A stretch of 64,000 nucleotides of DNA from Candidatus Latescibacterota bacterium (GTDB taxonomy: Bacteria; Latescibacterota; UBA2968; UBA8231). The notes beneath the pieces are model-generated. The model was not told the origin of the DNA, did no database searches, and saw nothing but the letters and a program-made list of their open reading frames with translations. The position numbers were made by a program, and so were the translations under genes. The stretch is taken from assembly GCA_964291625.2 (NCBI GenBank), contig OZ220089.1:3360001-3424000 (forward strand). The letters run 5' to 3'. Shown piece by piece: positions 10,333 through 18,595 of the stretch (positions within the stretch are counted from its first letter, which is position 1; every line of letters begins with the position of its first letter).

Positions 10333-10489
10333 TGGAGTCGGTGTCCCGATGAACTCGGGGCCGCCTTGAGACTAAGGCCGGGGAGACCCTGCGAAAAGCG
10401 GAAGACGCGAAGGATGCTCACGGCCGATTCGGCGGGGCCCGTGTCCGCCATGACTGCCGTTCGAGACTCGGACATGCGGTCCAACCCTC

Positions 10490-10504
10490 TGGCACGGCGA
10501 TTGC
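10490..10504 (+). promoter_or_regulatory. Sigma54 (-24/-12) promoter
   Basis: TGGCAC-GGCGA-TTGC matches the TGGCAC-N5-TTGC consensus exactly; intergenic. Confidence 0.75.
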
Positions 10505-10598
10505 GTGTACCCAGGACAGCAATGGGAATGGAGAACCACAATCAGCTGTCGAACATGCAGGCAGGAGCGATCAGTCACCCCAGTCAGAGGAGGACCAA

Positions 10599-10715
10599 AT
10601 GAAGAGGATTCGATTGCTCAAAGAGATCGCCGTCCCCGCGGCCATCGTCTTCGGCTACGCCGGACTCTCCGCTTTCTCCCACTACGCCAGCGTGATCCTG
10701 GCGCGCACCGCCTGA
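10599..10715 (+). CDS. 38-aa small membrane protein (MKRIRLLKEIAVPAAIVFGYAGLSAFSHYASVILARTA)
   Basis: Strong SD GAGGAGG 5 nt upstream; basic N-terminus plus hydrophobic helix; lies between a sigma54 promoter and a terminator; below the ORF-track length cutoff. Confidence 0.65.
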   Translation: MKRIRLLKEIAVPAAIVFGYAGLSAFSHYASVILARTA

Positions 10716-10741
10716 GTCCGCGAACAACCCCTCGTTTCCTC

Positions 10742-10782
10742 CCGGGCCGTCCGCCGTCCCCCAGGCGGCCGGCCCGGTTTTT
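10742..10782 (+). terminator. Rho-independent terminator
   Basis: CCGGGCCG...CGGCCCGG GC stem followed by TTTTT. Confidence 0.7.
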
Positions 10783-10954
10783 GCGCTGGCGAGCGGCCGT
10801 GGGCAGGGGGGAGTCGTGCAAGATGCGCCCTGCCCGTGCAGAATCAGCATCTTTGGGCCGGATCCCGGGATGGGTTAGGATTGCCCGGTCCCGCACAGGG
10901 ATCCCCGGCGGAATGGCCCGGGGCAACAGTTCATACTGAGAGAGGAGCCTCGAC

Positions 10955-11137
10955 ATGCAGTCCAGAGGAAGGATCATCTTCACGGGCAACTTCTGGGAGT
11001 ACTTCATCATGTCCCTGGGTTTGCTCGTGCTCTCGGTGATCACTCTCGGAATCGTGCTGCCCTACTGGACGTACTGGCAGTTCAAGTACTTCTTCGCCAA
11101 CATGGAGATCGAGATCGAGAGTCCTGGAGGAGCCTAG
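10955..11137 (+). CDS. Small membrane protein (YjgN/DUF898-like repeat unit)
   Basis: SD GAGGAG; FTGxxxxYF...LSVITLGI..PY pattern. Confidence 0.65.
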   Translation: MQSRGRIIFTGNFWEYFIMSLGLLVLSVITLGIVLPYWTYWQFKYFFANMEIEIESPGGA

Positions 11138-11168
11138 GGCGACGGCGGACCAGAGGAGGCAACCGGCG

Positions 11169-11981
11169 ATGAACGAGAGAGAGAAGTTCCTGTTCGACCT
11201 GCACGGATACCTGGTGGTCGAAGACGCGCTCACGCCCGGGGAAGTGGCCGCCGGCAACGCGGCGATCGAGCACCACGTCCACCTGGTGCAGCCGCGCGAG
11301 CCGGGCCTGGCCCAGGGAGCCGAGCACCTCGTCGCCCGCACCGGCCGCGGCGAGCTGCAACAGAACCCCCTGACCTTCGACCGGCCCTGGTGCGAGCCCT
11401 TCCGCCGCATGCTGACCCACCCCCGGATCGTCGACATCTTCAACGAGATCCTGGGCCCGGGCTTCCGCCTCGATCACGGCCCGGGGCTGATCCAGATGGA
11501 CGACGAGACCGAGGGCCACCGCCTCCACGGCGGCATGACCTTCGACCCGAGCCAGTATCACTCCTTCGCCCACGGCCGCATGCAATGCGGACTGTGCGTG
11601 GCCGCCTGGCAGCTCACGGACACGCGGCCGGGGGACGGCGGCTTCGCCTGCATCCCCGGCAGCCACAAGGCCAACTACCGCCCACCGATGGAGTTGCTGA
11701 AGCTCGACGAGGACTGGGGCTGCGTGGAGCAGGTGGCCGCCCCGGCCGGCTCCGTGGTGATCTTCAACGAGGCCCTGGTCCACGGCACCCTGCCGTGGCG
11801 CCCCGCCGACCGCATGCGCCGTTCGATCCTCTTCAAGTACTCGCCCGGCTTCATGTCCTGGGGCAGCCCCCACGGGGCGTGTCCGATCGCCGACCCCACG
11901 CCCGAGGAGGAGGCGATCTACCAGGACCCCCGCCGCACGGGGAGGCCGGCGCTGGGGGAGGGTCCAGACCATGGAAGATGA
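11169..11981 (+). CDS. Phytanoyl-CoA dioxygenase (PhyH) family protein
   Basis: FDLHGYLVV, GFACIPGSHK and FNEALVHG motifs. Confidence 0.9.
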   Translation: MNEREKFLFDLHGYLVVEDALTPGEVAAGNAAIEHHVHLVQPREPGLAQGAEHLVARTGRGELQQNPLTFDRPWCEPFRRMLTHPRIVDIFNEILGPGFRLDHGPGLIQMDDETEGHRLHGGMTFDPSQYHSFAHGRMQCGLCVAAWQLTDTRPGDGGFACIPGSHKANYRPPMELLKLDEDWGCVEQVAAPAGSVVIFNEALVHGTLPWRPADRMRRSILFKYSPGFMSWGSPHGACPIADPTPEEEAIYQDPRRTGRPALGEGPDHGR

Positions 11982-12216
11982 AGTGCCCGAACTGGATCTG
12001 GTGGTCCTGGCGGAGCCCATCGTGGAGCACGGTCTGGTGGCAGGAGATGTGGGCACGGTGGTGCATAGATACGCGGACGATGATGCGTCGGAGGTAGAGT
12101 TCGTGGATACTCAGGGCACCACGATCGCGGTTCTGACCTTGGACGATTCTGCAGTGCGTCCCCCCATGGCGGGGGAGATTCTACACGTCAGGGATGTATC
12201 GCCCACGGAGTCCTGA
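11971..12216 (+). CDS. DUF4926-like protein
   Basis: ELDLVVL...GLVAGDVGTVVH...EVEF...G.T.A pattern. Confidence 0.75.
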   Translation: MEDEVPELDLVVLAEPIVEHGLVAGDVGTVVHRYADDDASEVEFVDTQGTTIAVLTLDDSAVRPPMAGEILHVRDVSPTES

Positions 12217-12219
12217 CTG

Positions 12220-12414
12220 ATGACCCGGCTCCTGGAGCTCCCGAGTGATGAGCAGGACGCGATTGCGGTTGTGTTGATGACAGAGCTCGAGTCGGAGCGC
12301 CGGTGGGAACGTGCATTCGACGCTACAGCAGAGCAGTTGTCCCGCCTCGCAGATGAGGCACTTGGTGAGCACCGGGAAGGCAAGACCGAGCCGTTCGATT
12401 CCCATGGCTCATGA
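12220..12414 (+). CDS. Small putative antitoxin-like protein
   Basis: LPxxEQDAIA...ELESERRW...LADEALxEHREGKT pattern resembles small antitoxins usually found upstream of RelE/ParE-like toxins. Confidence 0.55.
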   Translation: MTRLLELPSDEQDAIAVVLMTELESERRWERAFDATAEQLSRLADEALGEHREGKTEPFDSHGS

Positions 12415-12433
12415 CTGAAGCCGGATTCTTCAT

Positions 12434-13246
12434 TTGAGCAAGAGACTCAATCTCGACGAGGCCATAGCCAAGCAATGGCTGGAAAACCAAGGGCACTGCG
12501 TCGGGTGCCCATGTGGCGATCCTCCAGATCTTGTAGCGGACGGAAGATACGCCGTTGAGGTTCGACGACTGAATCGTCAGGTCAGGAGCCAGGGAGAAGA
12601 GGAGTATGAACGACCCCTGGGTGATCTGATCAAGGATGCAATTCGGTGCATGAGGCCAACGGAAGGCACCTGGATCGTCGATGCCGAGTACCAGTACTCA
12701 GAAGGCTATCCTGACACTAGAAAGGCAAGGAGGGAGGCAAAGAGGGAGATCCAGGAAGCCCTCTGCTCTCTTACAGAGAGGGATGACGGGGTGCTTGATG
12801 CACCAAGATCAAGATATCTCAACCGCTGTGGAGAGCATTCGCGTGAACTTGACCACATAGGTGGGCTGCACCTGTGCTTACCATGCGGTATCCACCTTGA
12901 ACTTCACAGGATAGAGTCGTCGACTCGGAAATTTCGGCTTGGTAATGTCTCGGAAGGAGAGGGTGTTCTGGTCGAGCCCACATTGCAAGAGAGCATTGAA
13001 TTCGCAATTGAGGAAAAAGCGGGGAAGATCAAGGGCAAGGAACAAGACCATGAGTGGTGGCTTGTCCTGGTTGACTATATCGGCGTCGTTCCTTCCTCGG
13101 GTCTGAGCAAAGCCGAACTGGCCAGCCTTCGGAGACGAGTCCGTGTCGTGGCTCCTTGGTCCAGAGTAGTCATTGTCAGCCGCCGGAATCCCGAGTGGTG
13201 GTACGAATTGTGTCCGGATGAACAGGTCCCGTGCGGCAAGCTGTAG
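12434..13246 (+). CDS. Hypothetical protein with N-terminal PD-(D/E)xK-like motif
   Basis: DPPDLVADGRYAVEVRRL; TTG start; visibly lower GC than flanks. Confidence 0.55.
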   Translation: MSKRLNLDEAIAKQWLENQGHCVGCPCGDPPDLVADGRYAVEVRRLNRQVRSQGEEEYERPLGDLIKDAIRCMRPTEGTWIVDAEYQYSEGYPDTRKARREAKREIQEALCSLTERDDGVLDAPRSRYLNRCGEHSRELDHIGGLHLCLPCGIHLELHRIESSTRKFRLGNVSEGEGVLVEPTLQESIEFAIEEKAGKIKGKEQDHEWWLVLVDYIGVVPSSGLSKAELASLRRRVRVVAPWSRVVIVSRRNPEWWYELCPDEQVPCGKL

Positions 13247-13276
13247 CATGGCCTGAGCACACAATCACCGGACAAG

Positions 13277-14392
13277 ATGGCCAGTAGACGAGAGATCCAT
13301 CCCCCCACGATGCAGCCCCTCTACGACTGCATCGCCCAAGGGGACGCAGATAGCGTACGGGGGTTGCTGGACGCCGACTCGTCGCTCGTGAGTGCGACCT
13401 TCTTCTATCCAGGTGATGACCGGCCCAACCGGGCGCTCGACATGGCGGTGCGTCACAAGCACTACGACATCATTGGAATGCTGCTGGAGCGGGGGGCCTA
13501 TTCCAACAGGGCCATCTACGACGCCGCCGAGCATGCGTACAGTCAGATGCAGATCAACGAAGCCGAGTCCCTCCGCCTGCTGGTCGAAGAGGGGCCTCCC
13601 TTCGACATCCTCGGGGCGGCGGCCAGCGGCCGCGCGGAACGGGTGGGCGAGCTTTTGGAGAGTGACCCGGGTTGCATCGAGGCCCGGGACGAGCAGGGGC
13701 GAAGCCCCCTGTGTGTGGCGTCCTGGATCGTCGGCTGGCCGGACGTGGTCACCTTGCTCTTGGATGCCGGAGCGGACCCGAGTGATCCCGCGGATCCGAA
13801 GTATCCTGATTTCCCCGATGAGATCGCGCTGCGGCAGGCCCTCGGGCACTACGCCGAGGATGGTCATGCCGATGTGGCCCGCGTGCTGCTGAACCGCGGG
13901 GCCGTCTCGGCCTACTACATCCCCCCGGCTACCGTGGAGGTCCTGAAGCAGGACCCGGCAGGCCTCCAGGAGGTGCTGTCCGCCGGAGTCGATCCGGATG
14001 AACCCGATCGCTGGGGTCAGCCGCCCGTGGAGGTGGCGGCCCAGATACGGGCCGAGGTGGGAACCGAGCTGGTGAGAGTCCTATTGGATGCGGGCGCGGA
14101 GCCGTACCTTCATCTGGTGAGCGGCAACATCGGCTCCGCGGAACTGTGCCTGCAGCGGGGGGCGGACGTGAACGGGTATGATCAACTGCTTTATCTGGCC
14201 GTGGCCTACGGGCCGCACGAGACGAAGCTCGATGTCGTCAGGTTCCTGCTGTCCCACGGGATCGATGTGAACAGGCGACGCTCTGCCACGGCCCTGGATG
14301 CGGCCATCGAGTGCGAGAGAGAAGACATCGCCGATCTGCTGCGGAGCCGCGGCGGACTGCGCGCCGTGGAGTTGGACTCGGCTGTCCGGTAA
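13277..14392 (+). CDS. Ankyrin-repeat protein
   Basis: Repeated TPL/ALD...LLxxGAD motifs; start uncertain (13277 or 13310). Confidence 0.85.
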   Translation: MASRREIHPPTMQPLYDCIAQGDADSVRGLLDADSSLVSATFFYPGDDRPNRALDMAVRHKHYDIIGMLLERGAYSNRAIYDAAEHAYSQMQINEAESLRLLVEEGPPFDILGAAASGRAERVGELLESDPGCIEARDEQGRSPLCVASWIVGWPDVVTLLLDAGADPSDPADPKYPDFPDEIALRQALGHYAEDGHADVARVLLNRGAVSAYYIPPATVEVLKQDPAGLQEVLSAGVDPDEPDRWGQPPVEVAAQIRAEVGTELVRVLLDAGAEPYLHLVSGNIGSAELCLQRGADVNGYDQLLYLAVAYGPHETKLDVVRFLLSHGIDVNRRRSATALDAAIECEREDIADLLRSRGGLRAVELDSAVR

Positions 14393-14402
14393 GGAGGACC
14401 CC

Positions 14403-14942
14403 ATGACCACCGCCGCCGCGGACAACGGCCCCGCATCCGGGGAGCCCCCGGCAGGCCCCCCCGCGGACCGGGTCTTCGACCTCACCGCGCGCGTAGGCTG
14501 GACGAACCGGTTCGTCCTGGGGGGGCTCGGCCTGCTGATGATCGCCAACGGCCTGGCGAACCTGGCCCGCTGGAGCAGCACCGACTCAGGGGCGACTCCG
14601 TTGCTGGTGGTTGGGGTGATCAGTACGTGCTTCGGCCTGCTGATCCTGCCCGGCAGCTTCCTGTTCAGGCGGATGAACCGGCTCGTCATCGGCTTCTCGC
14701 AGGAGGACCTCAGCGTCAAGCGGGGGGTGTTCGTGCGGCAGCGCACGCCCTGGGCCGACATCGCCGGGATCACCCTGAGCCTGATGGCCGCGGAGATCGC
14801 CACCCGCGGCGGAAGGGTGCGGGTGATTCACTTCGGACTGCTGGGATACTCCGACAACCAGGAGATCAAGCCCCAGATCTTCCAGACGATCCGGGACTTC
14901 GCGCAGGCGAAGGGGATCCCGGTCACCGAGGAGGGCGGCTAG
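14403..14942 (+). CDS. Two-TM membrane protein with a PH-like C-terminal domain
   Basis: SD AAGGAGG before ATG 14403; two hydrophobic helices; PWADI motif. Confidence 0.65.
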   Translation: MTTAAADNGPASGEPPAGPPADRVFDLTARVGWTNRFVLGGLGLLMIANGLANLARWSSTDSGATPLLVVGVISTCFGLLILPGSFLFRRMNRLVIGFSQEDLSVKRGVFVRQRTPWADIAGITLSLMAAEIATRGGRVRVIHFGLLGYSDNQEIKPQIFQTIRDFAQAKGIPVTEEGG

Positions 14943-15715
14943 AGGTCCAGCTCCCGCCGCACCGCCGCCATCATCTCGCAGGCCGCCGCCAGGAAGGGCT
15001 CGTCGCCCCCCACAAGCAGCGCCCGGAAGCCGTCCTCCATCGCCTTCTCCATCGACGCCGGCTCGAAGGCCGGTCGGTACAACCCCAGGCCCGCGGGCTT
15101 GCCCGCCGCCGCCGCCGCGGCCGCCACCTTGGCCTGGGCCTCCTGGAAGACCTCGCTCTCGAACTCGAAGGGCACGTCCAGGCCGAAGGAGAGGTCAACC
15201 GGCCCGATGACTGGGAAGTCGACGCCCTCCACGGCGAGGATGGCCTCGATGTCATCCACGGCGGGGGCCGACTCGATGATGGGGATGAAGCTCACCAGGT
15301 CGTCGATCTTCTCCAGGTACTCGCCCGTCCGCCGTCCGAACCCGCCGGCGCGGTGGGGGCCGAAGCTGCGTATTCCCCGGGGCGGGTAGCGGCAGGCGAG
15401 GGCCCCGAACTCCGCGTCCTCCGGGGTCTCGACGAAGGCCGCCATGATGCCCAGGGCCCCCATGTCGAGGTAGAGGCGGATCTGCTCCTCGTTGACCCGC
15501 GGCAGGCGCACGACGGGGGTGGCCGGGGTGTTGCCGATGGCCTGCAGTTGCGCCTGGATGCCGTCCGGCGTCTGGGGCGCGTGCTCGGAGTCGATGACCA
15601 ACCAGTCGAACCCGGCGTGGCCGAACATCTCGGCGATGGCGGGCGACCCGAAGCGCAGTTGGGCGCCCACCGCCGCCCGCCCTTCCGCCAGGCGCTCCTT
15701 CAGACGGCTGTTCAC
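14939..15715 (-). CDS. HpcH/HpaI aldolase family protein
   Basis: GFDWLVIDSEH, LDMGALG, IIES and IGPVDLS motifs; GTG start overlaps the upstream stop. Confidence 0.9.
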   Translation of the reverse strand: MNSRLKERLAEGRAAVGAQLRFGSPAIAEMFGHAGFDWLVIDSEHAPQTPDGIQAQLQAIGNTPATPVVRLPRVNEEQIRLYLDMGALGIMAAFVETPEDAEFGALACRYPPRGIRSFGPHRAGGFGRRTGEYLEKIDDLVSFIPIIESAPAVDDIEAILAVEGVDFPVIGPVDLSFGLDVPFEFESEVFQEAQAKVAAAAAAAGKPAGLGLYRPAFEPASMEKAMEDGFRALLVGGDEPFLAAACEMMAAVRRELDL

Positions 15716-16695
15716 CTCTCCCCTCCCCCGTCGATGCGGTAGAGGGGCTCCAGGCCGGCGGCGACGCGGTCCACGTTCTCGGCGGCGCAGGCCGCCCGCT
15801 TGCGGGAGGTCTCGGCGGTGGCCCCGGCGATGTGGGGGGTGACCACGACGTTGGGCAGGGAGTACACGGGATCGGCGGGGTCCGGCGGCTCCTTGCCGAA
15901 GACGTCCAGGCCGGCGCCCCCGAGGCGGCCGGCGAGGAGCGCTTGCGACAGGGCCTCCTCGTCCACCAGGGCGCCGCGGGCGACGTTGATCAGGCAGGCC
16001 GAGGGCTTCATCAGGGCGAGCCTCCGGGCGTCGATCAAGTGCCGGGTGCTCTCGTTCAGGGGCAGGTGCAGGGCGAGGTAGTCGCTGGCGGCCACCACCT
16101 CGTCGTGCCGGTCGTCGCCGAGGACGAACTCGGCGCCCAGCTCTTCGAGCACCTCCGTTTCGATGGGGCGCACGTCCAGGCCCAGGACGCGCAGGCCGAA
16201 GGGCCGGGCCCGCCGCGCCAGCTGCTGGCCGCTGGCCCCGAAGCCGATGATCCCCAGGGTGCGGCCCTCCAGCTCGTGGGCCATCGGCTGGTAGAGCACG
16301 CCCTCGCGGAAGAGGCGGTCGCTCTCGCGGTAGCGCCGCGCCAGCATGAGGATGAACATCATCGCCATCTCGGCCAGGGCCGTGGCGCTGAAGGGGCCGG
16401 GGCAGTTGGCCGCGGGGATCCCCTTCGACTTGACGTACTCCAGGTCGAAGTGGTCGAACCCCGTGCCCAGGACCTGCCACAGCCGCGCCGAGACGGCGGC
16501 GTCCATCATCGCCCGGGTGCTGACGCTGCCGCCCTGGTCGAGGACCGCCTCGACGCCGGCGAACTGCTCCTCCAGGGGCCGGCCGGGGTCGAGCACGGCC
16601 AGGTCGTGGCGGTCGCCGACAGCCTCGATCACGTCACGGCCCCAGGGCTCGAACATGCCCTCCATCTGCAGCAGCAGGACCTTCAATCGTCTCAT
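15712..16695 (-). CDS. D-isomer-specific 2-hydroxyacid dehydrogenase
   Basis: GIIGFGASG, LINVARG and VTPHIAG motifs. Confidence 0.9.
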   Translation of the reverse strand: MRRLKVLLLQMEGMFEPWGRDVIEAVGDRHDLAVLDPGRPLEEQFAGVEAVLDQGGSVSTRAMMDAAVSARLWQVLGTGFDHFDLEYVKSKGIPAANCPGPFSATALAEMAMMFILMLARRYRESDRLFREGVLYQPMAHELEGRTLGIIGFGASGQQLARRARPFGLRVLGLDVRPIETEVLEELGAEFVLGDDRHDEVVAASDYLALHLPLNESTRHLIDARRLALMKPSACLINVARGALVDEEALSQALLAGRLGGAGLDVFGKEPPDPADPVYSLPNVVVTPHIAGATAETSRKRAACAAENVDRVAAGLEPLYRIDGGGER

Positions 16696-17552
16696 GGGTC
16701 AACCCTCATGGGCGCCTCGGCGCCGTGTGCCTCCAGCCAGGCCCGCAGCGGCACGTCCTCTGGCTTCGGCGAGGTGTAGCCGTGGCCCCCGGAATGGGAG
16801 ACCCCGAGCAGTTGTTTGCGGATGGGATCGCAGTGGTCCAGGTAGTGCTCCACGGTCATGTCGTCGCGGGGCCGCAGCCAGCGGTACGAGTAGCCGTAGA
16901 ACAGGACCCGCCTCGCCTCGCGCCAGTAGTTGGCGCTGCCCGAGTGCCACAGGCGGCGGTCGAAGAACACGGCCGTGCCCGGCGGCACGCAGACGGCCAC
17001 GGCGGCGTCCACCAGTCCCTTGCGGTCCGGCCCCGGGAACTCGTTGCGCAGGTGCGACCCGGGCACGACGTAGAAGTTGCCCCGGCCCTCCTCGCTCGTG
17101 TCGGTCAGGAAGTAGCCCACCTTCAGCGAGACCCGGGGCCGCGGATCGGTCTCGAGGTCCTGGTTCAGCAGGCCGCTGTCCTGGTGCCAGCCGAGGTCGA
17201 GGCCGTGCCCGGCGAGGGTGCGTCCGGCCGGCTCCGGGGGGGTGACCATCATGTGGGTGTGGTAGAGCTGAATGTGCCAGCCCAGGATGCCCCACACCTT
17301 CGGGAAGGTCTTCCCCCAGTCGAGCAGCTCCAGGAAGATCTCGTCCCGGCCGATGAAGTCGAAGTGGTTGATGCGCTCCGCCGGGCCTTTGCCCTGCCGT
17401 TCGCGCTCCTCGCGGTCGATGCGCTCGCAGACCGGCAGCAGGCGCTGCACGAGGGTGTCCGGGATGGCCTCTTCGACGGCGAAGAAGCCGTCGCGCTCGA
17501 ACCGCCGCGACTCCTCCGGCGTCAGTGTGTGGGCTAGATGACGGGGGTCCAT
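16692..17552 (-). CDS. Phytanoyl-CoA dioxygenase (PhyH) family protein
   Basis: WHQD, VVPGSH and FDRRLWH motifs; start at ATG 17552 after SD GGAGG. Confidence 0.9.
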   Translation of the reverse strand: MDPRHLAHTLTPEESRRFERDGFFAVEEAIPDTLVQRLLPVCERIDREERERQGKGPAERINHFDFIGRDEIFLELLDWGKTFPKVWGILGWHIQLYHTHMMVTPPEPAGRTLAGHGLDLGWHQDSGLLNQDLETDPRPRVSLKVGYFLTDTSEEGRGNFYVVPGSHLRNEFPGPDRKGLVDAAVAVCVPPGTAVFFDRRLWHSGSANYWREARRVLFYGYSYRWLRPRDDMTVEHYLDHCDPIRKQLLGVSHSGGHGYTSPKPEDVPLRAWLEAHGAEAPMRVDP

Positions 17553-17744
17553 CCCAACCTCCGGTGCGTGGTCGAGGTCAACGGGTCCTCCCGGGCCGAA
17601 GCCCGCCGGCACGGGGCCGGAGCCGCCGCCAAAGGGCCGGCCGGTTTCAGCGCTGCAAGGTAAGAAAACCAGGTCCGGCCGGGCGCCGGTCCGGCGCCGC
17701 CGCCTCCTTGACCGGACCCCGCACTCCCCTGATCCTTCACCCTC

Positions 17745-18212
17745 ATGATCACGCCCCAGCAACCGTCCGGCGAGCAGCCGCGGGCCAAGGCGAAGAAGGG
17801 CATCACCTTCGGCGCCTTCGACCTCTTCCACGCCGGCCACGTGCTCATGCTGCAGGAGGCCAAGACGGTCTGCGACCACCTGATCGTCTGCATCCAGACC
17901 GACCCCACCATCGACCGCCCCGGGAAGAACAAGCCGATCCAGAGCATTGTCGAGCGCCAGATCCAGGTGTCGGCCTGCAAGTACGTGGACGAGATCATCG
18001 TCTACGACACCGAGGCCGACGTGGTCGAGATCCTGCGCTCCGTCGACTGGGACGTCCGCATCCTCGGGGACGAGTACCGGGACACGGACTTCACTGGCCG
18101 CGCGGAGTCCTTCGACCGCTGCTACTTCAACACCCGGCCCCACACCTTCTCCAGCTCCGAGCTGCGGCTGAGGGTGGCCCGGGAGACGAAGGAGCCGGAA
18201 GAGGCCGGCTGA
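17745..18212 (+). CDS. Cytidylyltransferase (TagD/glycerol-3-phosphate CTase-like)
   Basis: GAFDLFHAGH HxGH motif and FSSSELR. Confidence 0.85.
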   Translation: MITPQQPSGEQPRAKAKKGITFGAFDLFHAGHVLMLQEAKTVCDHLIVCIQTDPTIDRPGKNKPIQSIVERQIQVSACKYVDEIIVYDTEADVVEILRSVDWDVRILGDEYRDTDFTGRAESFDRCYFNTRPHTFSSSELRLRVARETKEPEEAG

Positions 18213-18222
18213 GCCCCCGCCT

Positions 18223-18573
18223 TCAGTCGAGGATCTCCTCCACCCGCTCCTCCGGCCGGGCGATGACGGCCCGGTCACCGCGCACGCAGATGGGCCGTTG
18301 CATCACCCCCGGCTGCTCCAGCAGCAGCGCCACGAGGGCGTCCGCCGCCGCGTAGTCGTCCAGGTCGAGGCCGAGCTCCTCGAAGGAGCCCGGGTGGATC
18401 ATCTCCCGGGGGTCGCAGCCGAGCAGCTCCAGGAACCTCCTCAACTGCGCCTCGTCCGGCGGGTGGTGCAGGTACTCGATGACGTCGAACTCGACGCCTC
18501 GGGCGCGCAGGATCTCCATTGCGCCCCTCGACTTGCTTCAGCCGGGGTTGTGGTAGAGGGTGAGCTTGTCCAC
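18223..18573 (-). CDS. Selenocysteine-containing ArsC/Spx-family (glutaredoxin-type arsenate reductase-like) protein
   Basis: GTG start 18573 after SD-like GAAAGGA gives MDKLTLYHNPG-U-SKSRGAMEIL...MQRPI...ARP; the in-frame TGA (18540-18538) occupies the catalytic Cys of HNPxCSKSR. Confidence 0.88.
18499..18531 (-). promoter_or_regulatory. Putative bacterial SECIS hairpin of the ArsC-like selenoprotein
   Basis: GGGGCGCA...UGCGC(G)CCC stem starting ~11 nt 3' of UGA, with a G-rich apical loop (AU-GGAG-AU). Confidence 0.55.
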
Positions 18574-18595
18574 GGCGGTTTCCTTTCCGTTCGAG

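Noticed and set aside
12214-12222. TGA of the DUF4926-like gene is in frame with the next ORF, suggesting possible Sec read-through
   Set aside because: Not at a Cys-like motif, no clear SECIS hairpin, and both parts resemble separate small families
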